DNA of 56,062 nt from a virus. The notes under the pieces are model-generated. The model had not been told where the DNA came from and did not search any database. It saw only the letters and a program-made list of their open reading frames with translations. The position numbers and the translations under genes were made by a program. Shown in pieces: positions 42,008 through 50,529 of this stretch. The stretch is taken from the IMG/VR virus record IMGVR_UViG_3300032007_000113; one strand, 5' to 3'. Each line of letters starts with the position of its first letter. The stretch's first letter is position 1.

Positions 42008-42136
42008 ATGAAAGAACTTATTGACATTTTGATGAGCGAAGACAAGTCTTTTGATGGAATGCCTTGGTGGATGTACGCATTGGTGATGCCGGCAGCACTG
42101 GTGCTGATGTGCTTAATCGGAGGTACGCTGTCATGA
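42008..42136 (+). CDS. 42-aa single-TM peptide (paralog of 52240..52368)
   Basis: MKELIDILMSEDKSFDGMPWWMYALVMPAALVLMCLIGGTLS; ATGA overlap with the next gene. Confidence 0.5.
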   Translation: MKELIDILMSEDKSFDGMPWWMYALVMPAALVLMCLIGGTLS

Positions 42137-42600
42137 GAAAGCGTTTTGGCGAAAATGTACCTGTGTACACAGTCGATTCGGTAACCACAAACGATGACGA
42201 CAAGAAAAAGCAGGTCATCATAGACAAATGGACTGATGAGTTGGCCTGCAAGATGGCCGAGAAGACCGACTACGATCTGCTGGACGATGGTACGGTGCGC
42301 TTCAAGCGCAAATCCAGTCGAGGCGGTCACAATCGGCAGACCATCGAAGTGCTGAATGACGAGGGCTATGTGGTAAGGGTTTTCAATTCTCTGGCCGATA
42401 CCGCCATGTATTTCGGAGTGTATCCAGAAAAGATAGCACGCCTGCTGAACGGCACAACCAAGACGCCTGTTGCTCCTGGCTATTACGTCAGACGGCGTGA
42501 GACTGAGAGCGAGCGAATGAAGCGTGAAAGTCTTAATAGAAAAATGAACTTAACAAGAATCAAAAACAAAAGGAACAATGGCAAAGGAAAAATTAATTAA
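42133..42600 (+). CDS. hypothetical DNA-binding candidate
   Basis: ATG 42133 in frame with track ORF 42064..42600; IEVLNDEGYVVRVFNSLADTAMYFGV..IARLLNG resembles NUMOD1-like HTH modules; basic tail. Confidence 0.4.
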   Translation: MRKRFGENVPVYTVDSVTTNDDDKKKQVIIDKWTDELACKMAEKTDYDLLDDGTVRFKRKSSRGGHNRQTIEVLNDEGYVVRVFNSLADTAMYFGVYPEKIARLLNGTTKTPVAPGYYVRRRETESERMKRESLNRKMNLTRIKNKRNNGKGKIN

Positions 42601-43411
42601 AATCAACGTCCGAAATCTGCCAAACGGCTATTCACTGACGGTTGGTTCGCAGGAATACATGTATTACAACCCCATGGACCTGCTGGCAGGATTCATGGTA
42701 CACGTAGGACTGCAGCAAACTGAGTATATGGAAAAGGGCAACATCCTGACGATGCTGTTCCAGATATTGGTCGGCGAACAATGGGAAGACAACGTCAATG
42801 CCATGTACGGCAAGATCAACGACATGGACAGCAGGCTCACTTATACGCTCAACAATCTGAATAAGACTGCCAAGTTGGGCGAAAGGCTGGAGCCTCGCAT
42901 CAATGAGATAGACGAAACCATCAGTACCTTGACCGAAAGCATTACCAAGCAGAAAGACATTAATCACAAGACATTGATGGACGTGAGAGAGTCAGTCCAT
43001 ATAGTCAAGGATGCCAAAGCGGAATACAAGAAAGAATCGGCAGCCTACAAGGAAAACTTCAAATTGTTCTCATCATCCATCAAGGACGTGAGGGCCATGC
43101 GCGAGGAAGCAGAGAAGCACTTGAAAACCATCAAGCTGTTGGAACATCGGCTTGTGGGTATGACAGGCGACACTGGCGACATTGAGCTCAACGATGACGA
43201 CGAAAGTGTCACGGCAAGCGAAAAGCCTGCCAAAAGCACTAAATCAACAAAGACCACCAAGTCCACCAAGTCTGCTAAAACCACAAAGACCACAAAGACC
43301 AAGAAAGTGGCAAAGAAAGGTGAAGGCAATCGTACAAATCGTGCAAAAAACGATTTGGCTATTCTGGCAGAGATTGAGCGACAATCTAAAGAAAATCCTA
43401 ATTTAATATAG
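42578..43411 (+). CDS. coiled-coil protein with Lys/Thr/Ser-rich basic tail
   Basis: KSTKSTKTTKSTKSAKTTKTTKTKKVAKK near the C-terminus. Confidence 0.6.
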   Translation: MAKEKLIKINVRNLPNGYSLTVGSQEYMYYNPMDLLAGFMVHVGLQQTEYMEKGNILTMLFQILVGEQWEDNVNAMYGKINDMDSRLTYTLNNLNKTAKLGERLEPRINEIDETISTLTESITKQKDINHKTLMDVRESVHIVKDAKAEYKKESAAYKENFKLFSSSIKDVRAMREEAEKHLKTIKLLEHRLVGMTGDTGDIELNDDDESVTASEKPAKSTKSTKTTKSTKSAKTTKTTKTKKVAKKGEGNRTNRAKNDLAILAEIERQSKENPNLI

Positions 43412-43418
43412 TATATAT

Positions 43419-43733
43419 ATGGAAGTAACAGGTAAGATTATTGCGGTGATGCCTGCACAGAGCGGCACATCGCAGCGGACGGGCAATGCTTGGATGACTC
43501 AGCAGTACGTGCTGGAGGTTCCTGGTATGTACCCTAAGAAAATGGTGTTTGAAGTGTTCGGCGAGGACAAAATCAAGAGTTTCAATGTCCAGCAGGGCAT
43601 GGAAGTAACGGTGAGCTTTGAGATTGACGCTCACGAATACAACGGACGTTGGTTCAACGAAGTACGTGCATGGAACGTGAAGCCAGCCGGACAGCAGCAG
43701 CCGACAGCGCAAAGCGTGGCATCAACGCTGTAG
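43419..43733 (+). CDS. DUF3127-like OB-fold protein (ssDNA-binding candidate)
   Basis: MEVTGKIIAV.P.QSG.S..G..W..Q.YVLE......K...F.V.G; recalled family pattern, not searched. Confidence 0.5.
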   Translation: MEVTGKIIAVMPAQSGTSQRTGNAWMTQQYVLEVPGMYPKKMVFEVFGEDKIKSFNVQQGMEVTVSFEIDAHEYNGRWFNEVRAWNVKPAGQQQPTAQSVASTL

Positions 43734-43736
43734 CCT

Positions 43737-44075
43737 ATGGACGTTGACCCCATCTGGCAACCTGGTAGCGTGTGGCCAGACAAGGCTGACGATGGCTACG
43801 ACCAGCAGGCGGTGGTACAGATATACTCGCAACAACTTGGCCGCGGGTATATCACCACTGTGCCTACGCATGGCAAGACCAACCCGTTCATCGACTGCTA
43901 CGATGACGAAATCATGTGGGCCTATATGCGTGACATCGAGGCTCGGTTGATTGAAGAAGGCAACTACTGGCAGCGATGGGCGCAAGAACACAAACCAATA
44001 GCCGAAGTGCCACAGGAGCGTGAAGCGGTTGCAGAGCCGACACAGGCAAAACAACTTAGCTTCGACTTCGGCTAA
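43737..44075 (+). CDS. hypothetical protein
   Basis: 112-aa ORF. Confidence 0.55.
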   Translation: MDVDPIWQPGSVWPDKADDGYDQQAVVQIYSQQLGRGYITTVPTHGKTNPFIDCYDDEIMWAYMRDIEARLIEEGNYWQRWAQEHKPIAEVPQEREAVAEPTQAKQLSFDFG

Positions 44076-44088
44076 ATTATTATGAACT

Positions 44089-45342
44089 ATGAACGAAGAG
44101 AGTAACAATTTACAACCACAAGACGCGGCGACGCTACCCAATGCACCCGACCTATTGAGGCAGGACGGATGGTTCGGCACTGACTTGTCGGGATACTGGT
44201 TGCAAGACGACGACAAGTATGAGCAGCCAGTTTGGACGCTATCGTGGTGCGGCATCCCGTTTGCACCACTCGGCAACATCCACGCGCTGACAGGTCAGTC
44301 GGGACACGGCAAGACGATGACCTTCTCGCAGATCATTGCGGCGATACTTGGCGGTCAGTTCGGCAACCTCCGCTGCATCCTGCCGGAAGACGTGAAGCGC
44401 ACGGTGCTCTACATCGACACCGAGATGTCGAAGAACGACACCCTGCGAGTCCGTGAGCGTATCTTCAGGCTGTTGGGCTGGCGATGGGGCGACCATCACC
44501 CAGAACTGCGAATTTTGCGCCTACGAGACGTTCAACCCCCGGAGGTGGCACAACAGCCCACACCGAACGGACAAACGCCACAGCGGGCAGAAAAAGCGGC
44601 AAAAACGGGACTTCCGTTGCAAGAGGCTCGCATTGCCGTGCTACGTTGGAAGATGGTATTGCAAGCCATTTGGGAAATACGACCGACGGTGGCCGTCATT
44701 GACGGTATGTTGGACGTTATCCGTGACTACAACGACATCGAGGAATGTCAGGAGATTATCACCAAGTGCATGCAAGTGAGCAGCTTCTACAACTGTTCGG
44801 TGTGGTGCCTGGTGCATCAGAACCCAGGGCGCAACGACAAGATGGCCGGTTCGCTTGGTTCCATCCTGGAGCGCAAGGTGACTGACATTCTCGCCACGGT
44901 CAAGACCAAGGATGAGAAGACCAGTGCGGTGACGTTCAAGGTGACACAGCTGAAAGCCCGTGGTGCTGACGTTCCCGACTGGCAATACTTCGTCGAAGAT
45001 GACCGTGACCACATCGGTATGCCGAAGATGTTCAGCAACGACACGGAGGCGATGCCCGACGACAAGCGCGATGCATACCGAAAGGAGCTTGACGAGATAT
45101 TCAAGCAGACAGGTGTCGCCAACATGGGCGGCATGAGATACACCGACCTGACTGAGGCACTAAAGAAACTTGGATATACCAGCAACCGCAAGATTGACAA
45201 GATCATGAAGGACGGCATGGCCGAGGGTCTTATCAGGCATGAGACCAACGGACGCTACTACTACAACGGCATCAGCCAACAGCCCAAGGCTGAAGAACAG
45301 CAGATGACGTTCACACAATCAGACGAAAAAGCACCATTCTAA
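44089..45342 (+). CDS. RecA/DnaB-like P-loop ATPase (replicative helicase or loader candidate)
   Basis: Walker A TGQSGHGKTMT, Walker B VLYIDTEM. Confidence 0.65.
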   Translation: MNEESNNLQPQDAATLPNAPDLLRQDGWFGTDLSGYWLQDDDKYEQPVWTLSWCGIPFAPLGNIHALTGQSGHGKTMTFSQIIAAILGGQFGNLRCILPEDVKRTVLYIDTEMSKNDTLRVRERIFRLLGWRWGDHHPELRILRLRDVQPPEVAQQPTPNGQTPQRAEKAAKTGLPLQEARIAVLRWKMVLQAIWEIRPTVAVIDGMLDVIRDYNDIEECQEIITKCMQVSSFYNCSVWCLVHQNPGRNDKMAGSLGSILERKVTDILATVKTKDEKTSAVTFKVTQLKARGADVPDWQYFVEDDRDHIGMPKMFSNDTEAMPDDKRDAYRKELDEIFKQTGVANMGGMRYTDLTEALKKLGYTSNRKIDKIMKDGMAEGLIRHETNGRYYYNGISQQPKAEEQQMTFTQSDEKAPF

Positions 45343-45372
45343 AATGTCACTCCCACTCTTAGCTCCGTACCC

Positions 45373-45417
45373 CCGCCCCCTGTTATCTATCTTTAGATAG
45401 ATAGATAACTGGGGCGG
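45373..45417. other. 18-bp-stem palindrome with GATA repeats between the helicase-like and primase genes (origin candidate)
   Basis: ccgcccc(ctg)ttatctatct-ttag-atagatagataac(t)ggggcgg. Confidence 0.5.
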
Positions 45418-45571
45418 AAGAGGTACCAAGCCAGAGAGCGACGCGCACGCGCAAAAATCAAATAGCAGACCCTATGGCATTAACCGCAGTGTGATTAACA
45501 TTGAACTCAAAGCCGTCCATTCTGACTATCACGACGGGCGGCGGCGCGGGACTAAACGAAACCAAACGACT

Positions 45572-46759
45572 ATGGACAAGATAATCGAACAGAAAATCAA
45601 GGACGCTGCCAGCGTGGTGGACGTCATCGGCGACTTCTATGAGTTGAAGAAGAAGGGCGTGAATTATCAGTGCCTTTGTCCCTTCCACGATGACCGGCAC
45701 ATGGGCTCGTTTGTGGTGAGTCCGCGAAAGAACACCTACAGCTGCTATTCGTGTGGTGCTCATGGCGACGCCATCGAGTTCCTGATGATGAAGCAGGGAC
45801 TCACCTACACCGACGCGCTGAGGTGGCTGGCCAAGAAGTACAACATCGTGATACCAGACGACGCTCACGACGAATGGAGCGACCGGCTGAACAACATCAT
45901 CGAGAAGGCCAAGCAAGCCGAGGCAAGGCGACATGAGCAGATGCAACAGGTCAAGACGCTGTACCTACCAGTCGAGACCCCTGCCGCCATGATGAAGCAA
46001 GCCGCCAACTCCACGTTTGTCATCTGGCTCTACTCACTACCCTGGGACGATAAGCAACGGGCGCGACTGCCGAAGATGCTCAACAACTATGCCATCGGTG
46101 TCAGCCGAGACGGGCTCACGGTGTTCTGGCAGATTGATGAGCAGGCACGGGTACACACCGGAAAGATGATGCGCTACAAGCCGGACGGTCATCGTGACAA
46201 GGACTCGGACTACAACTTCGACTGGGTACACAGCAAGCTCTTCCGGCAGCGCGTGTATAACGAGGAGGAATACGACTACGAGACGTGCCTGTTCGGACAG
46301 CACCTGTTGCCGTTCTGTCCCGATGCCCAGATACACCTCGTGGAGAGCGAGAAGACAGCACTCATCATGGCCACCTACTACGGCAACATGAGCCGCAATC
46401 TATGGCTGGCAACAGGAGGTCTGCAGTTCTTCGACCGCAAGCATATCCAGGTGCTCATCGACCAAGGCCGTGACATCGTAGTCTATCCCGACAAGGACGG
46501 CTCACAGGCGTGGTCAGAACGTACCTACCAGCTATGCAAGGAGACGGGATACAAAAAGTTGAAGGTCAACCCTACCATCGTCAGCAACGAGTGGCGCGAA
46601 GAGGACGGCAAGAAGGCCGACATTGCCGACATCACCATCCGAAAGATGACCAACGACCGCCGCACCAAGGGCAAGGCAGTGCTGACCGACATGATCAGCG
46701 AGAACCCATTGATAGGACAACTGGTAGAGAAGTTGAACTTAGAAGTAGTAGACCTATGA
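45572..46759 (+). CDS. DNA primase (CHC2 zinc finger)
   Basis: CLCPFHDDRHMGSFVVSPRKNTYSCYSCGAHGDAIEFLM; start at ATG 45572 (track start 45491 is GTG). Confidence 0.8.
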   Translation: MDKIIEQKIKDAASVVDVIGDFYELKKKGVNYQCLCPFHDDRHMGSFVVSPRKNTYSCYSCGAHGDAIEFLMMKQGLTYTDALRWLAKKYNIVIPDDAHDEWSDRLNNIIEKAKQAEARRHEQMQQVKTLYLPVETPAAMMKQAANSTFVIWLYSLPWDDKQRARLPKMLNNYAIGVSRDGLTVFWQIDEQARVHTGKMMRYKPDGHRDKDSDYNFDWVHSKLFRQRVYNEEEYDYETCLFGQHLLPFCPDAQIHLVESEKTALIMATYYGNMSRNLWLATGGLQFFDRKHIQVLIDQGRDIVVYPDKDGSQAWSERTYQLCKETGYKKLKVNPTIVSNEWREEDGKKADIADITIRKMTNDRRTKGKAVLTDMISENPLIGQLVEKLNLEVVDL

Positions 46760-46917
46760 GCAGACAACGCACAGCATACTTTTATATGACACCAGACGAG
46801 CGGCGGGAGTACCATCGCCGCAAGGTATGGGAGAGCCAAGAGCGCATTTCTGCACTACGTGGCAAAACCATCAAGCACCGAGTATTCTACAACAATTCAA
46901 CATCAACTAACCAATAG
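46756..46917 (+). CDS. small hypothetical protein (53 aa)
   Basis: ATGA overlap with the primase stop. Confidence 0.45.
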   Translation: MSRQRTAYFYMTPDERREYHRRKVWESQERISALRGKTIKHRVFYNNSTSTNQ

Positions 46918-46920
46918 ACC

Positions 46921-47679
46921 ATGAGCAATCAGAAACAAGTTAAAGAAGGTGGCAATGCAACGCTGTCGGTGAAGGTGTCGCAGGAGACCTACGAGCTGCT
47001 GAACATCCTGGCAGAGGGCATGGAGCACGGCACCAATGCCAACGACCTGCTGAAGATGTTCGTCCAAGCCTTCATCGAGAGTGCTAAGCACACGGGACCT
47101 ATCAGTTCAGAGATGAGCATGCTTCTCAATATGCTGAAGGTAGATGCCGGCTGGAATCAGGCTTTTAACTTTGCCGACGTTACCAAGCAGAAACAGGTGG
47201 CCCAGGTGATACTCATTCTTGAGCAACCCGGACGCGAGGGGTTTGGTGCTGTCATGATCAACCGACCGTTCATCGCAGGCAAAAAGCCATACATGACCTA
47301 CTGCGTTGACGAGATACTGGAACGTGCAACAGAGGTCACCATGAAAGGACTCTACCAGGAACTGCGCGACATTGGCAACGACATCGGAACAGAATCCATG
47401 CGCGAGACGCTGTTCACGCTTTGCGATGCCTACAAGCTGACGCAAGGCGAGCGCGACATCCGTGACGAAGGGCCACAGCTGGGCAACTACTCGGACTTTG
47501 GGCGTGCCATCGAGTACGGCCAGCGAACCAAGCGCAAGAAGCACGTCAGCCCAGACGACATACAGACGCACATCGTGTTCGGTGACGACGACCGAGAGAT
47601 TGCTGACTATGAAGCGCAAGGTTTTGAAGGAGAGATACGGCAACATGAAGAACCACCAACCGACATGACCGATGATTGA
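46921..47679 (+). CDS. hypothetical protein
   Basis: 252-aa ORF. Confidence 0.6.
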   Translation: MSNQKQVKEGGNATLSVKVSQETYELLNILAEGMEHGTNANDLLKMFVQAFIESAKHTGPISSEMSMLLNMLKVDAGWNQAFNFADVTKQKQVAQVILILEQPGREGFGAVMINRPFIAGKKPYMTYCVDEILERATEVTMKGLYQELRDIGNDIGTESMRETLFTLCDAYKLTQGERDIRDEGPQLGNYSDFGRAIEYGQRTKRKKHVSPDDIQTHIVFGDDDREIADYEAQGFEGEIRQHEEPPTDMTDD

Positions 47680-47797
47680 ACCACAGGACTACAAGCTGCC
47701 GACCAAGCAGCAGGAGAAACCAAAAGAAAAGGCCGACCCGGAAACGCTCGACTACTTGGAGAGCCTTCCGTGGCGACCGTTCACTGAAGAATGGTAA
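47672..47797 (+). CDS. small hypothetical protein (41 aa)
   Basis: Start overlaps the upstream stop and its stop overlaps the next start (chain of coupled ORFs). Confidence 0.4.
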   Translation: MIEPQDYKLPTKQQEKPKEKADPETLDYLESLPWRPFTEEW

Positions 47798-47934
47798 CAC
47801 TGAAGATAGACCGCAAGGCGAAGGACTGCTGGCTGATCACCACGACCGACAGCGAGGGATTCCACCGGCAGCTGCCCATCACCTTCGACGATATGCGCGA
47901 ACTGGTAAGACAATGGATAGATGAAGTGATATGA
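47791..47934 (+). CDS. small hypothetical protein (47 aa)
   Basis: ATGGTAA and ATATGA overlaps with neighbours. Confidence 0.4.
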   Translation: MVTLKIDRKAKDCWLITTTDSEGFHRQLPITFDDMRELVRQWIDEVI

Positions 47935-48113
47935 GTAAGAAGCGAGAACCAATACATTTTGTGAATGCCGAAATGATGGCCGACTACCTCGACGAGCATG
48001 ATGGCGAACTGCCGCACCAGTGGCAAGAACGAGAGCCGGACAGACTCAATTATGGTTGTGCCGACATTGATGACATTGACAGTATAATTGCTCAGATGTA
48101 TGGCGACGAATAA
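47931..48113 (+). CDS. small hypothetical acidic protein
   Basis: 60-aa ORF. Confidence 0.5.
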   Translation: MSKKREPIHFVNAEMMADYLDEHDGELPHQWQEREPDRLNYGCADIDDIDSIIAQMYGDE

Positions 48114-48813
48114 GAAACGAAACTGGCGAGGGGTATCTGACAAGGTAGCCAAGGACAAGGCGGACATCTATAACAGCCGAGAGTGGAAGGAGTTGCGCAT
48201 TGCCAAACTCAGGAGCACCGACGGACTGTGCGAAGAATGTCTGAAGCAGGGCATCGTGACCAGTGCCCGATGTGTGCATCATGTGGTGCCGATTGAGACA
48301 GCCAGAACCAAAGACGAGATGCGCCGGCTGGCTATCGACTGCGGACTTCAAGGCTTGAAAGCCCTGTGCTTCGCCTGCCATGCCCGCATCCATAAGGAAC
48401 TGGGCAGCAACACGGCCAAGATAGTCAGACAACGTGCCGAGGCAAGGCAAGACCGATGGGCTGACAACCTACTAAGTAAATTCACAATCAATAATCAAGG
48501 AACTATGCAAGAGAACAAACGACTGGGTATCTTCGGCACCCTGAACTACGACAAGCTGAAGAACATGACAATGGATGAGCGCAAGCTCGCAGTGACTAAC
48601 CATGCAAAGGACGTGCTGAGCCGCAAGACAATGGACGGCAAAGGGCCACAGATACCAGACGACGACCACGATCCATACGACGTGACGGCTGAGTACACCA
48701 TCATGGACTGCCGATACAACAAGCATGGAAAGATTCTCGCCACCTTCAAGGCACAGCGAACCATCGAAGGTGTGAGCATCGAGCTCGTATCGTTCGAGTC
48801 CGTCACCTCATGA
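48100..48813 (+). CDS. HNH endonuclease (packaging-associated position) fused in frame to a ~100-aa C-terminal domain
   Basis: CEECLKQG....HHVVP....CFACHARIH; lies upstream of terS; internal aaggaactATG at 48505. Confidence 0.75.
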   Translation: MATNKKRNWRGVSDKVAKDKADIYNSREWKELRIAKLRSTDGLCEECLKQGIVTSARCVHHVVPIETARTKDEMRRLAIDCGLQGLKALCFACHARIHKELGSNTAKIVRQRAEARQDRWADNLLSKFTINNQGTMQENKRLGIFGTLNYDKLKNMTMDERKLAVTNHAKDVLSRKTMDGKGPQIPDDDHDPYDVTAEYTIMDCRYNKHGKILATFKAQRTIEGVSIELVSFESVTS

Positions 48814-48986
48814 CCCCGGGGACATCGTTTTTCTTGCGACCCCTCTCGGATTCCCAAATCCCCTTGCCCTCTCTTTTATCCACACAGCACATTTCGGGGA
48901 GGGTGCTTTTTTCCGCATCTTAACTTAACGGCGCAAGGTAGCCGAAATGCGCGATATACTCTGAACGCAAAATAATAACGAATAAA

Positions 48987-49361
48987 ATGCCAAAAGCGAT
49001 TTTTACACCTATCCAGCTGCCACCGGAGCAGCCCGACCGGTGCTCACGCTGTCCGCTGCTGGGCAAGCGTCCGCAGTCGGAACTGACCAAGGGCCAACGG
49101 CAGGCGTACTGCTGTCTGGGCGTGTTCACCCACGAAGGCTTCCCGCCCCTCACGTCGAAGGGTGTGGAGCGCAGCGCGTCGGCCTACCGAAAGCAGAAGC
49201 GACTGTTGCACCGCCCCTGCGACGACCAGTGGGAGAAGTGGATGTCGCTGCCTGGTCGCCGTTACCCCATCACGATGGAGGCATGGCGCGAACGTCGCCA
49301 CCCCTACGAACTCGAACAGGAGTTGAAACATTATAAGGACTTATTCAAACAACGTAAATAA
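48987..49361 (+). CDS. hypothetical Cys-rich protein
   Basis: 124-aa ORF between the HNH gene and terS. Confidence 0.5.
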   Translation: MPKAIFTPIQLPPEQPDRCSRCPLLGKRPQSELTKGQRQAYCCLGVFTHEGFPPLTSKGVERSASAYRKQKRLLHRPCDDQWEKWMSLPGRRYPITMEAWRERRHPYELEQELKHYKDLFKQRK

Positions 49362-49363
49362 TC

Positions 49364-49726
49364 ATGGCAAAAGCAGCAACATATCTGAAGGACATCCGCG
49401 CACAGGTCAGGGCGGATCATGGCGGCAAGGTGCCCGACCACTTGAACCTGACCATCCGCAACTATGCGAATGCGCTGGAGATACGCGACCGCTACCGTGA
49501 GAAGATTCTCAGCGACGGCGAGACGATTGTGGAGGTGGGCAGCACGGGGCAGATGACCACCAAGCAGCACCCGCTCTGCGGTCTGCTCTATCAGCAGGAG
49601 ATGCTGTGCCTGAGTTACGCGAAGGCTCTGGGCGGCACGGCGGCGAAGGCGGCAGCGAAGCCGGAGGACAAGGGCGACAAGGATGCCACCAACGCACTCA
49701 ACGAATTTATTGACGGAATGAGATAG
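49364..49726 (+). CDS. terS: terminase small subunit (P27 family-like)
   Basis: 120 aa; KQHPLCGLLYQQEMLCLSYAKALGGTAAKAA resembles the P27 C-terminal pattern; HNH gene upstream. Confidence 0.65.
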   Translation: MAKAATYLKDIRAQVRADHGGKVPDHLNLTIRNYANALEIRDRYREKILSDGETIVEVGSTGQMTTKQHPLCGLLYQQEMLCLSYAKALGGTAAKAAAKPEDKGDKDATNALNEFIDGMR

Positions 49727-49738
49727 ACCACTAATTAC

Positions 49739-49756
49739 ACGAATTGAACGAATAAA
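49739..49756 (+). promoter_or_regulatory. two tandem 9-mers ACGAATNNA
   Basis: acgaattga acgaataaa. Confidence 0.4.
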
Positions 49757-49925
49757 TACGGGGCAGTATTGAGGCGATGACTACAACCTCTTTACTCGGA
49801 GAAACAGCACATGAGAAGCAGTCCTGCCGCCAATAGTCAGGTGTGCAAGGTGACAATAGGTGTGCAATGAGGCAGAAAGCAAAGTACACGCAAGTATGTA
49901 ATACATATTCCGTTCCCGTACTTTT

Positions 49926-50229
49926 GGGGGTATTTTGGTTTTGATTGCTGATGGAAGGCAAGAAATCGTGCAAGCAGTCATGCTTTGAAATGGCAAAACA
50001 AATAAACGCTAAGGTTGTCAATATGACTCCCCGTGCTAACATGCTGGCAGCAGCATAAGCACCTCGCGGGTGACTTGCGAAGGAACATAAAGGTCACGTC
50101 TCACGTTTTCCGCGTTTTCTCAAAATGCGGTGGTGGAACGCTCGTCCAGCTATCTGGTCAGCCCCAACGCACGTAACAAAGTTTCTATAATAAGTCAGTA
50201 AGACGAGGGTTCGACTCCCTCTACCTCCA
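49926..50229 (+). ncRNA. ssrA: transfer-messenger RNA (tmRNA)
   Basis: Acceptor GGGGGTA/TACCTCC with G3:U70; T-arm gaggg-TTCGACT-ccctc; helix 2a ttgctga (49945-51)/tcagtaa (50195-201); tag frame GCA 49993 to TAA 50056-58 encodes AKQINAKVVNMTPRANMLAAA. Confidence 0.85.
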
Positions 50230-50256
50230 CTATCAAACATTAAGCATTATAAAGTT

Positions 50257-50460
50257 ATGGCAAAAGAAACGGAACAACAGACAATGGAGGAGTATCTGCT
50301 CTCGCAGCTGGATACGCCCGTGGTGCTGAAGGACGGCACGATGATGACGAAGCCGGACGGCTCGCCGATGACGAAGCAGGAGGCGATTGCCACGAACATC
50401 CTGAACCTGGCGATGAACCGACGGAGCAGCGAGAGTAGAGCCAAACGGCTTGCCGCTTGA
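50257..50460 (+). CDS. hypothetical protein (67 aa, ends ...AKRLAA)
   Basis: ORF directly downstream of the tmRNA. Confidence 0.5.
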   Translation: MAKETEQQTMEEYLLSQLDTPVVLKDGTMMTKPDGSPMTKQEAIATNILNLAMNRRSSESRAKRLAA

Positions 50461-50505
50461 GCTATGCCGAGTCGCGACGGAGGAAGGCCGATAGGCCAAG
50501 GGCGA
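50457..50505 (+). repeat. divergent copy of the TTGAGCTAT...AAGGGC element
   Basis: cttgagctatgccg...ggcc-gata-ggcc-aagggcga. Confidence 0.35.
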
Positions 50506-50529
50506 CGTGAAGGCAAGCAGTCAGACAGA

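Noticed and set aside
47676-47924. 82-aa track ORF between 46921..47679 and 47931..48113
   Set aside because: It has an Arg/Ser/Thr/Pro-rich off-frame composition. The same region is better explained by two short ORFs (47672..47797 and 47791..47934) linked by overlapping stop/start codons.
48814-48986. Possible cos site upstream of terS (CCCCGGGG palindrome at 48814-21, repeated ccctctc)
   Set aside because: The position is plausible for an HNH/P27-type cos phage, but nothing in the sequence alone identifies cohesive ends. It is left uncalled.
49731-50042. Minus-strand ORFs 49731..50042 and 49781..49996
   Set aside because: They lie antisense to the tmRNA gene and its upstream leader. The + strand RNA features (acceptor with G3:U70, T-arm, tag frame) explain the region.
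50205-50229. T-arm plus acceptor 3' strand read as a captured 3' fragment of host ssrA marking attP
   Set aside because: The matching 5' acceptor strand, helix 2a partner and a tag reading frame are all present ~300 nt upstream, so it is a whole gene. It is also 12 kb from the integrase.
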